From Bilabrum cf. latius (Eukaryota), in NCBI GenBank assembly GCA_965178125.1, contig OZ237735.1, forward strand, positions 2,294,001-2,358,000: a DNA stretch of 64,000 nt. The letters are read 5' to 3'. The notes under the pieces were generated by a model. It searched no databases. It had not been told where the DNA came from and worked only from the letters and a program-made list of their open reading frames with translations. This document shows, one piece after another, positions 50,204-61,037 of the stretch. Every line of letters starts with the position of its first letter. Position 1 is the stretch's first letter. The position numbers and the translations under genes were made by a program.

Positions 50204-51334
50204 TCAATGGCAAACTCGCACATGCCTCCTGAGATCGCCTGCCACACCGAATGACTTGCCGCACACCAAGCACTCGTGCTTGCGCTCGCCCAGATGCACT
50301 GTGGACATGTGCGTCCTGAGATGGCCTGCCTCCCCGAATGACTTGCCGCACACCACGCACTCATGCTTGCGCTCGCCATGATGCACAGTGGACATATGCC
50401 TCCTGAGTGAGCCTGCCCGCCCGAATGACTTGCCGCACACACTGCACTCGTGCTTGCGCTCGCCCAGATGCACAGTGGACAGGTGCCTCCTGAGTGAGCC
50501 CGCATGCCCGAATGACTTGCCGCACACACTGCACTCGTGCTTGCGCTCGCCCAGATGCACAGTGGACAGGTGCCTCCTGAGATTGCCTGCCTGCCCGAAT
50601 GACTTGCCGCACACACTGCACTCGTGCTTGCGCTCGCCATGATGCACAGTGGACATGTGCCTCCTGAGATTGCCTGCCACACCGAATGACTTGTCGCACA
50701 CTATGCACTCATGCTTGCGCTCGCCATGATGCACCACGGACATGTGCCTCCTGAGATTGCTTGCCACACCGAATGACTTGCCGCACACACTGCACTCGGG
50801 CTTGCGCTCGCCCAGATGCACAGTGGACATGTGCCTCCTGAGGTTTCCTGCCCGCCCGAATGACTTGCCGCACACCATGCACCGATGTCCTGCCCCGATT
50901 CTGCCTGCCTGTCCACGCCGTCTCTTCGCCCTCGATCCGCTCTGGCTGTCTGCTGACCTCGCCTCTGCCTGCCTGCTTCGCTTCTGGCCCAAAGAGGCAT
51001 CCGTGCCGCCGCCTGCATCTACCCCTGAGCTTGACTGCATTGATGGTTCTACTTCTTGCGGCAACATTGCGCTGCTGCTGGAGTGTCCCGACGCCGCCAC
51101 GATGCACGTGGGAACAGCTTCGGCTCGATCGCTGGCTGGATCTCGGGCCCTACCTTTCCCATCTGCGTCTCGCCTGCCCCACTAGCGACTGCTGGTCAAT
51201 GATAGCGATGCAGCAATCGAGGTCATGTGACGGGCGGGAACCTCGACATCGCATCCACCAGCGTCGCTGTCGCTTGAGTCGCTGCTGACGAGATCGATCA
51301 CCTCCCCTGAGCATGCACCTGCTGCTTGCTCCAT
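50204..51334 (-). CDS. C2H2 zinc-finger array protein, copy 2 (8 fingers, ~376 aa)
   Basis: Paralog of 45908-47209; TAG at 51182; 8 x 84-bp finger units; ends TGA. Confidence 0.9.
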
Positions 51335-51707
51335 GGCTGCCTGGCAGTATCTATATCCAATACTGAATGCTGATTCGTAAACAGCCAGGTGGCTGCCGAC
51401 TGTAGAATGACAGGGAATACGAGCTTTCCTATGCACGACCTTTTCTGGTGTACCTGTTCGACGGCCAGGTCTGCTTCGCTCCAACGCAACCCTGAATCTA
51501 AAAAGGCTATACTTGGGGGATGCCACAGCCGAAACAGTAGCGAGGAAAATGACAAGGAGACGGTGAGATCGATCCTTGTTGGTCCGGTTCCGGCTGTTTT
51601 CATCTTCACAACTTCAAGGTGCTGGGCCTGGCGTGGCGGCCACGCTCACTTGGAACACCAGCTTCACAGGAAGCAAACAGGCCACGCGCAACCCACCACA
51701 TCCCTCC

Positions 51708-54029
51708 TCACGGAGAAGCACCGTTCTCGCTCGCTGCCCCTCCTTCGCCAGACGCCTTCTCCACCCTCTCCCTGCGCGCCTGCTGCTGCTTCTGCTGCTG
51801 CACCACAGCCCGCTTCTCCCTCCACGCCTTGCCCTTGATCCGGGCCTCGTCGGACCGCTTCAGCTGGGCCGCCAGCGCGTCCACGGAGAAGGCCTCCTTG
51901 AAGTCCATCGCCATCGACGAGGAATCCACACCCCCGGAGCCCCTCGACGATCCGCCGCTGCCGCTCCCCCCCTCCTTCTGCCCCCCCCCCTCCTCGGGGA
52001 TGTCCTCCCCAGTCGCGATGGCCTGCATGGCAGACATCCACCCGCCCCCAGACCGCAGGTCACCGGACCACCACGCCAGGAACTCCGCCTTGGAGATCAT
52101 CCTGTCCCTGTTCTTGTCCATCTCCATGATGGCGGCCTCCAGCTCCGCGTGGCTCAGCTTGCTGCCCAGCTGCACGCACAGGTCGGCCAGCTCGGTCGTG
52201 TCCAGATCGCCGCTGCCGTCGAGGTCCGCGGCATCGAATGCCTCCGCGGCCTCTGCCTCTGTTGCCACGCTGGACTTGAGCTGGACAAAATGGTACATGG
52301 CGCAGCAGCTGGTGACCCAGTTGGCCACGGCGAGCACCATGAGACCGAGGCCGACGACGATGTTGAGGATCTGGGAGGCGCTCCACTGGGCCAGGCAGAG
52401 GGAGCCCACCAAGAACATGAGGTGACCTCGTCCACTGACCGTGGTGAAGATCGGCATGTATTTCTCCACCGCTCGACGTAGGAACATGCCGCAAAACGCG
52501 GTTCTTGCCTCGGTGATGGCGATGAGGATCCCAAACCACATGATCCACCCGTTCAAAACCACAAACACGATCGTCCTGCCCTTTGTTTTCTTGGCGTCGG
52601 CGAAATTGATGAAAATTCCGATAAAGGCCGAGAGGATCGCACAGACTCCGAACAGGAAGGAAAGCACCCGAATCCCGCAGGGGCCCTCTGCCACCCACCC
52701 GCCGAGTTCGCGCATCTGTCCCCACACCGCGGCGGAAACAGACGAGGTAGCGATCTCCATCTGAGCCTCTTCCATGGACTTCGGTTCCACCTCGCGGAGA
52801 TCTTCGAGGTCTCGCACGGCCTTGGCGGCCATGGCTGCATCCCGGCGGGGGGGAGGGGTCGAGGCCACGAGTGGCTGGGTGGGGCTGTCAGCAGCAGCAG
52901 CAGCAGCAGCAGCCCCCGCGGCAGCTCCGCCGCCTGCTGCGCCGTAGGATCCAGATGCCGCGCCGCCGCCTTTCTTTTCCTTGAAGCTTCGGTGCGCGGT
53001 TCGAAGCTTGGCGGCCATTTGAAGCGCCGAAGCGAACTCGCCCGCGCCCGCACCCATGCCCATGCCCATGCCCATCGCGTCGGCTCCATCGGCTCCGGGG
53101 GCGCGCGGGGCCGAGGCTCCCTGCAGCGGGTTCTTGGTCGATGATCCCTTGGAGTCGCTGTATACCCCTACGGTGTCAGTGTCTGGGCCGCTGTCCCCGC
53201 CAGCGGCAGCGGCTCCTTTCGCTTCAAGCTGATCCTTCTTGGGCTTCGGTGGAGGCACCTGCCCCCCGTTCTCGATGATTTTATCCTCCAAAATGCGCTG
53301 CCGCGTCGCCTTAACTGCTGGGGGGAGGAGACTGAAGGCGAGTTTAGCCTTCTGCTCCGGCGAGATGCCGTCGATCATCTCGAGGACGAGGCGAGCATGC
53401 CGCCGGATCTTGGCGGGCAGCCTCGACAAAACTCGCTGCTTGTTGGCTCGTGGGATGGTGTCGTAGATTTCGGCTGCCCCGCGAATATCCAGCTCGAGAG
53501 CACACATGATAAGCTGTTCGACCGAATCTGCGGACAAATCGATGTCGTCGTTCACCTCGAAGGCAAGACGCACGAGGGGTGGCAGGCGTCTCTTGACGTC
53601 CCAGCGGAGGTCTTCCGGCATGCTGTGGTACAGCCGGTAGACGTGCACCGCAGCTTCGATTGGATCATTCTATTTAAAGGCGTCCTCAACATGCCGAATC
53701 GCACTCGAGCTGATTATCGGCTCTCCCTTGGGGCCTCGAGCACTGAGTACCTTTCGTACAAGATCTTGATCCAGGTGTTGAAGCCCACCCAATGCCTCCT
53801 TTGCGTCATCCGGTAGATCTCCCAAGTCTTTGAGGAGACCCGACGCTACCAATTGCACAACGTCAGCCATCCCTTCTGCTGACGCCTCCCGGTGCACCGT
53901 AGGAGGAGATTCTTCATCAGACGAGTCCTGCTCGTACACAGCAGAATCAAGGCGTTTTGCCGGCTTTGTTCCGCCATATTTCTCGCTATTCGATTCGCGC
54001 CTCTTGATTGGCTGGGGTCCGAGCTACAT
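51708..54029 (-). CDS. Membrane protein with a COPI-associated/TVP15-like 4-TM block and a C-terminal EF-hand pair (~773 aa)
   Basis: Hydrophobic helices RVLSFLFGVCAILSAFIGIF, VFVVLNGWIMWFGILIAITE, PIFTTVSGRGHLMFLVGSLCL, ILNIVVGLGLMVLAV; EF-hands DLDGSGDLDTTE and DKNRDRMISKAE. Extended upstream through TAG 53670 to ATG-TAG at 54029; ends TGA. Confidence 0.75.
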
Positions 54030-54139
54030 GCCCGATCCAAGACAGATATAGAAGTGGCACCACGAGCCGCGCCGCCGCCGGGGTCCAAAGCCCCGAGTGC
54101 AGTGCACTCGTCGTCTTCACATCCACTTTCGGGCAATCA

Positions 54140-56176
54140 ATGAAGGCCGCCAGCGAGAAACTTCCTAAAGAATTGTCAGGAACCATGCAGCTCAAGCCAC
54201 AACGTGCGGCATCACAAGCATCGCGAGAAATCAATGTCAAACTCGAAGCCGACGCGAGTGATAGCGCTCCGCCGGCCTTGCAAGTCGATGGCAGAGATGT
54301 TATACGGGTTATGCTGTAGTTTTTGCGAGAAAATTCCCTAAATGAGTCACTTCGCACTCTTCAAGACGAGACTGGGGTCCCTTTGGATGCGGTAGATTCG
54401 CTTGCAGACCTGCGCAGCCTGGTCCTTGCCGGACGATGGGACGCGGTCCTGACCCAGCTAAGTGAAATGTCGTTGCCCCCTGATGTAGTCATGCTCGCGT
54501 ATGAACAGGCTACCCGAGAGATGCTCGAGCTTCGGGAGGCAGACACGGCTCTGGCACTGTTGAAATCAGCCGTACCCCTGCGGCTCATGCGTGGCTTGCA
54601 ACCTGGCCGGTACGCAAGGCTAGAATCGCTTGTGCGCCGTGGTGCGTCCTCTATCCAAGAGCTGTACCCGGCTGGAGCCACCCGTGCGACTCGGAGAGAC
54701 GAAGTCGCGACGGCCATCGAGGAGCACGTGCGCGAAGTCCCGCGGGGACGCCTGCTCGCCGCGCTCGGCGACGCCCTCCGTTGGCGACGAAGGGCAGGGC
54801 TTCTCCCCGCTGGAATGGGATCCCGTCTCGACGTATTCAGTGGAACTGTCCCGCGGCGTCGCGACGCAGAGGAGCTGCCGGCCAGTCGCCGGGCCGGCGT
54901 GGTCCGCTTCGCCAAGGGGACGCGCGCCCTGGCGGCCTGCATGTCCCCGATTGGAGACGCGCTCGTGACCGGCAACTCGGACGGATTCGTGGAGGTCTAC
55001 GACCCGGAATCGGGATCTCTTCGCATGGATTTGGAGTACCAGGAGAGGGACGAGGTGATGGCCCACGAGAGCCCCGTGCTGTGCCTAGACGTCAGCGAGG
55101 ACGGGGAGCTCGTAGCCGCGGGAGACAAGAACGGGGACGTGCGCGTCTGGAGGATCGTCAGCGGCAAGTGCCTGCGCCGGTTCCCGAAGGTGCATCCCGG
55201 CGGTGTGACGAGTGTCGCGATCTCGCGCGACTCGTCCAGGGTGCTGGCAGGCGGCTTTTCCGGGGCCGTCAGGGTGCTGGGCATGCGATCCGGGAAGCAG
55301 GTCAGAGAGCTCCAGGGCCACACGGCGTTTGTCAATAGCGTGCAGTTTTCCGCTGACGGGTCGTTCTGCCTGACTGCGAGCAGCGACGGGACAGCCAGGA
55401 AATGGAACTCTGCCACTGGAGAGGCCGTCCAGGTGCTGCGGCCACCCTCTGCCAGCGCGACTGCGGAAATCGCGGTCGTGTCTGCGCTGTTTGTGCCCAG
55501 GCGGGGCGGCCTTGACGAAGGGGCGCCTGGAAGCGTTGCCGCGGCAAGTGGCAGCCAGGCGGCCGGAATGCCATCGTCATCCACGTCCGCCGCGTCGAAA
55601 TCTAATGCGGGCGGCAGCGTGCTGGTGTGTCCCCGCGGCCCGGCCGCGTTCGTGCTGGGCTCAGGCGGCGAGGTGAAGTCAACCCTGCGGCCTGGACCAC
55701 TTCTCAACGAGCAAAAAGGCAGCAGCGGTGCAGGAGGGGGGAGCAAGCGGTCGACGGCAGCTTCGTCCTCCTCGTCCTCATCTTCCTCGTCTGCCGCGCC
55801 ACCCACCCTTCGAGACGCCTCCGAAGCGGCGCGTGATGCCTCGCTACACCTGGCAGCGGCTGCGGTAGGCCCACAGGGAAGGCTTGCGTACCTGTTCGCA
55901 GATGATGGGGGCATGTACGTGCTGGACATAGCGAGTGGCAAGCAGCTGGCAGCGGTGCAAGCCGCGGGCGAGGGCGCGGAGCCTCTGGGCCTGTCGCACC
56001 ACCCGCACAGGAACCTAGTGGCTAGCTACGCGACGGAGAACAGGGTCAGGCTGTGGCAGCAGGACAAGAAGGCAGCCAAGGCGCGGGTCAAGTCCGGAGC
56101 AGTGGGAGTGGGTGCTGCCGCTTCTGGGGCGGGGCATAGTCACGGGGGGAGTGTGCCCAGCGTGCCGATGTCTTGA
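54140..56176 (+). CDS. SMU1: WD40-repeat spliceosomal protein SMU1 (LisH/CTLH + WD40; ~678 aa; alternative start 54185)
   Basis: DVIRVML*FLRENSL...TLQDETGV.L..VDS...GRWDAVL, YEQ...EMLELRE, VPRGRLLAALGDALRW, LVTGNSDGFVEVYD...G.LR.DL.YQ, GKCLRRF..H..GVTSV, GHTAFVN, HHPHRNLVASY. TAG at 54317 aligns with the conserved Gln of SMU1 LIMQYLKENSL; ends TGA. Confidence 0.95.
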
Positions 56177-56224
56177 GTAGATCCCATTAGTGAAATCGAG
56201 CAAAGCTGGTGTGTTCAATCTCCC

Positions 56225-58912
56225 TTAGTTTGGTCGCCGTGACTTCCAGTACCTTCGGCGTATTTCCTTCATAGTGTACCCCTTCCCGCCGTCACGCTTC
56301 AAGTGTTCAATCCACGCATTTTTCGCGCGTCTTCTTTGGCGTCTTGGAGCTGCCGGACCAGCCGGTGAGCCATGCCCGCCCATGTCCATAGGAGCGCCGC
56401 CGCCACCCCCGCCGCCACCACCCATCATCGCGCTCATCATCATCATCTGCTGCATTTGCTACATCTGCTGCATCTGCGCCGCCGCTGCCTGCTGCGCCTG
56501 CTCCTGGGCCCTCCGTGACTCTTCCCGGATTTCTCGAATGGTCTGCTCTTGGTCTGCTTTAATCTTCTCTACGGCCTCCTCTGCCTTGGTGACCTGCTGC
56601 CTGCACTCCTCCGCCTTCTGCTTCTCTTGCTCGAGCTCAGCCTCGGTGCGCTAACGCTGGGATGCGTTGTCCTCGGCACGCTGCAGCTGGCACAGTGCGG
56701 ACTGTGCCTTCGCATGGAGCTGCTCCACGTCGGCCTTCAGTCGGGCTTGCTCCACGGCGACCGGATCGCGAGCATCGGCGCCGCTTGAGGTCCAGGACTG
56801 TACGATCGCGACCAGATCGGAGCGTCGAGCCCCCACTCCGAACTGAGCCCGTGCCTCCTCGAGCGGTGCTCCGCAAGCCGCGGCTCCAAGCACTTCAGCA
56901 GGCCTCGCTTCTAGTGCCGAGCCCGACGAGAGGGTGGCACCAGCGCCCGACGAGGCCTGCGTGGCAGGCGCTCGCACCGGTGTCGGGTCTCCAGCGGCAC
57001 CGCCCGAGCCCTTGCCTCCCGACTCAGACGAAGACGATGGATCCCCTGCGCCAGCCACAGTCTCGCGAAGCACCGTTGCGAACCGCTCTGCAGCAGCACA
57101 TGCCTCGCCGCTGCCCTCCCTCCTGAACGCCTCCTCAATCCTTTGAACCGCCTCGCCTGCCCAGTCCGACTCGAGGTGCTGCGCAAAATCGTCCCTCAGG
57201 GCTTGCTCGAGCCGGCCACTCCCGCTCATTGCCTCGCGAATGCGCTCCCCGAGCCTGACTCGCGCCTGGGCGGCTTGCTCCGAGGTGCCCTCCGCACCTG
57301 CGATGGCGTCGTCATTGGGAACGCTGTCGCGCAGCCGAACGTAGGCATCGTTCTCTAGCGCGACTCTACGCGCATCAAGCAATGCCGCGAGCATGCTCTG
57401 CGAAAGGCTTTGCCTCGCCTCGGCTGCCTTGGCGCGTATGCGAGCGAGGAGGCTCTCACGCACCGCCTCACATGTCGAGTCGCACAGCTTGCGGGCTGCG
57501 TCCGGCAGCTCGCTGATGGACACGCAGGCCTCTTCGGCCGCAGCTCTGATTATCTCCGATTGCATCATGTCCCGGAGGATCGCCAACAGCCGATCAACTG
57601 CGGCTGGAGACTGCAAAGAAGCCACGAGTTCGGCCGTTGAGCTGCCCTCTTCGGCCTGGCACCCCTCCAGCACAGCGCTGTGAAGGAATTGCGCGTGTGA
57701 GACGGCAACACCGGTCGCGTGGGTCTGCAGCTGCTCCCGCAAGGAGGTCCCATTGATGATCCCGATATCTATCGAGGCGTTGGCTTGCTCTGCGAGCGTC
57801 TTGATCGCGGGGAGCACGCTGCTCGGGACGCACGGCAGACTCGGGTCACCCATGAGGTGCCCAGCGCCGGTCCTTGCAGACAGCTCCTTCCCAGCAATAT
57901 TCTCCAGCATCGTGTCGAGGGCTGTCCGGAGGTTTGTTTGCTGTTCCGGAGGCACCTGGCCGGACCGGGGATCCACGGACAAGGCGGGTACGTGCGCGAG
58001 CTCGCATCGCCTGAAGCAATCTTTCAAGCTTTTCCTCTGCTTGTTTCTTGCCTCGATGTCTCTCTTGGCAGCACGGGTTCCAGATTCAGGCTCCATGCCA
58101 AACACTGTCTCACATAGCTCTCGCTTGTCTGCATCAGTCACCAACAAGTTGCACATGAGCTGCGCTACGCACAGCGTGCCGCTCAAACCGCTCGTCGCCT
58201 GGCCTCGATGGGCCTGAGATCCGGCTGCTTCACCCTCCGCCTGCTCACTGGCGCTGTCCAGGATGATTTCGCTCGTTTCTACGATGTGTGCGACCATTTT
58301 GAGCGCGCTATCACGCGTGATTGCATCTCTCTAGGCGAACAAGAGGGCCCCGCGTGCGGTGAGCAGCAGCGCTGGCAGCACGGTGCGGGTGTCCTGGCTG
58401 GCAGCCTCAGCACCTGATCCTTCGCAATCGATGACCAGCACCGCAGATTCATGGGGCTGCCCGAATGCTCCTGCCGGCAGGTGGATGAAAACCCCGTCGG
58501 CGCCCTTCGTACACGGCTGGGGCTGGTCTGAGGTGACGAACAGGTCCGGGACACGCTTCCCGGAGATTTTGCAGTGTACAAACCTGACTTCGCCGCCGCC
58601 AATCATCTGTGGTTTTGGTGCGGGCGTTTCGAAGGCGTTCTGCACGATCCAGTCGACTGCGTAGTTCATCGTGGTGCTTTTGCCACCTCTCGCGGGTCCG
58701 TTGATCGCGATTGTCGTCAGGGGGGCACCCCCTGGCAGATCTCGTAGTATTCGCTAGATGCCTTCCTCATCAGGAATGCCTATCTGCGGTGCACGATCGG
58801 CAGGTGTTGCGGCTGTCACGCGCCACAGCGGCACGACGCCGGAGAGTTTGATCGCCTGTCTGCAGCCGGAGCCACTGGCAGGACCTTCCGATCCTCCTCT
58901 TCTTGATGCCAT
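56225..58912 (-). CDS. Guanylate-binding-protein/atlastin-like P-loop GTPase with a helical/coiled-coil C-terminus (~895 aa)
   Basis: TIAINGPARGGKSTTMN (G1), FVTSDQPQPCTKG (G2), VLVIDCEGSG (G3). Fragments joined through TAG at 58754, 58331, 56651, 56459; ends TAA at 56225. Confidence 0.82.
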
Positions 58913-59364
58913 CGTGTGTTTCTGCGTGAATGGTGCAGCGTGAGCGAACAGTATGGCGTGTCTCAAGAACGCGCGAACAGCAACACCAACGCTTCCAGAA
59001 CGAATGAGTGCCAATTTTAGACTTGGATTAGCCATACCGCTGTCGCAGTCCAACATCGAGGATGAAAATGTGCACGCAAATAGATACCAAATGCCCCAAC
59101 TCACTAACTTTGGCAAATTTCTTGCAGTGAGTGTACCAGGTGTAACTTGTAGTAATAGTCGCGGGAACGAACGAACGATCTTAATTTTCATGAAATTGCC
59201 ACCTCGCGCGCGGCCCTAGTCGCGGGAACGAACGGAACCATCCATGGATCGGTGCCGCCGCGCGTTCATTTGCGGAACCCACCTAACCACGAGATGAGCC
59301 GCAGGGCTGCCAGTCAATCCTTTAGGTATCAAGCAACGTTAAATACCAGCGCTGGCGTATAGCT

Positions 59365-60609
59365 ATGGAAGGCGATGAATTCAACAACGCGGGAGAGGTG
59401 ATCGATCTCGTCAGCCACGACTCAAGCGAGAGCGACAGCGATGTCGAGGCTCCCGACAAGCACAACAACACAAGGTTTGCTGCATCAAATTCAGCGACTA
59501 CCAGCGTCTAGTGGGGCTCTCCAGACGCATGTCTGAATGGCAGGGCCCGCGGTCCAGCTAGCGATCGAGAAGAAGCTGCCAGTGGGGCCGTCGATCAGAC
59601 TCAAGCTAGTCCTGTGTCCACCGTGCCATCAGTACAATCCAGCAGCAGCACAGTATCACAGCAGGTGGTACAATCAGCAATGCAGTTAAGCTTAGGAGCA
59701 GCTGCAGGTGATACTAGCCATTCCTCGCTGGGGCAGAAGCGGGGAAGGCGGGCAGAGGTTCGCCATCTAGATAATTTCAAGAGGGGAGCGAGGGCAGGGA
59801 AGAAGCGGCGGAAGGAGGCACATACAAACGCGATAGAATTCGAATGCGAGGTATGCGGTAAGGTGCTGGGCTCAATGAAAGGCTTGCGGCAGCATGTGTC
59901 GGTGGTGCACCTGGGCGAGCGCAAGCACGAGTGCATGGTGTGCGGCAAGTCATTCGGTGTGGCAGGCTCACTCAGGAGGCACATGTCCATTGTGCATCTG
60001 GGCGAGCGCAAGCACGAGTGCATGGTGTGCGGCAAGTCATTCGGGCAAGCAGGCGATCTCAGGACGCACATGTCCACTGTGCATCTGGGCGAGCGCAAGC
60101 ACGAGTGCAGTGTGTGCGGCAAGTCATTCGGTGTGGCAGGCTCACTCAGGACGCACATGTCCACTGTGCATCTGGGCGAGCGCAAGCACGAGTGCAGTGT
60201 GTGCGGCAAGTCATTCGGGCAGGCAGGCTCACTCAGGAGGCACATGTCCACTGTGCATCTGGGCGAGCGCAAGCACGAGTGCATGGAGTGCGGCAAGTCA
60301 TTCGGTGTGGCAGGCTCACTCAGGAGGCACATGTCCACTGTGCATCTGGGCGAGCGCAAGCACGAGTGCAGTGTGTGCGGCAAGTCATTCGGTGTGGCAG
60401 GCTCACTCAGGACGCACATGTCCATTGTGCATCTGGGCGAGCGCAAGCACGAGTGCATGGTGTGCGGCAAGTCATTCGGGCAGGCAGGCTCACTCAGGAC
60501 GCACATGTCCATTGTGCATCTGGGCGAGCGCAAGCACGAGTGCATGGAGTGCGGCAAGTCATTCAATGTGGCAGGCTCACTCAGGACCCACATGAAACGA
60601 TGCAATTGA
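59365..60609 (+). CDS. C2H2 zinc-finger array protein, third (inverted, more diverged) paralog (9 fingers, ~414 aa)
   Basis: MEGDEFNNAGEVIDLVSHDSSESDSDVE N-terminus is homologous to copies 1 and 2; TAG at 59509; 84-bp finger repeats ~59839-60606; ends TGA. Confidence 0.9.
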
Positions 60610-61037
60610 TTCGTATGGATATACTAGAAAGCAGACATATTCCAGCCACGCCCCTTGGCTCAACTTCACATTCAATGCAATCACCGCTGTCCTTCTTTAT
60701 TTACTGGGGTTTACCCACGCTGGTGGCCCGACCTCGTCACCCACTGGCACCACCACCTTGCCACTGGCCTCGCCGCCCAGTGTATCCTTGTCAGCTCATG
60801 CCGTGGCCTCACCATGTTATCATTCAGCTAAGAATCATCCCAATAAGTGAAAGCTATGTCTCGGCAATTACTTGAATTCAAGAATTGCGACCTGCCAGGA
60901 GAGCTGCGACCACAGCTCGCACAACAATGCAACTGATGAAGCGATGAAGATTCATTCTGTTTAGTCATACCAGTCTATCCCAAAGTCTCCACAACATTGG
61001 CAGTGAACACTATAAAGCTAGTTCTGCTATCTATACC

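Larger units (their letters stand above)
43872..52236. repeat. Tandem segmental duplication, two copies of ~4.1-4.25 kb (~43872-48113 and ~48143-52236)
   Basis: Collinear near-identical blocks (for example 44230/48497, 45119/49392, 45908/50204, 47450/51576). Each copy holds the PH-gene tail, a calmodulin-like gene, a zinc-finger gene and the 3' part of the EF-hand gene. A ~29-nt unique junction lies at 48114-48142. Confidence 0.92.

Noticed and set aside
8566-56176. TAG as pyrrolysine, Leu, Tyr or Glu, or leaky programmed read-through
   Set aside because: TAG aligns to conserved Gln, sits in poly-Q runs and swaps with CAG. Six to more than 20 TAGs per gene is incompatible with low-efficiency read-through.
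23254-56227. Ciliate-type code (TAA and TAG both Gln)
   Set aside because: TAA was never seen in frame. It terminates two genes just before the neighbouring gene and replaces TGA at a duplicated stop.
45908-60609. 84-bp and 45-bp repeat arrays as CRISPR-like arrays
   Set aside because: They are head-to-tail coding repeats with no unique spacers and no cas genes, in a eukaryotic context.
58913-61037. tRNA (especially a CUA tRNA-Gln) or other ncRNA in the larger intergenic gaps (also 45370-45900 and 49645-50200)
   Set aside because: No cloverleaf with convincing A/B boxes could be identified by eye; tRNAscan-SE or Infernal would be needed.
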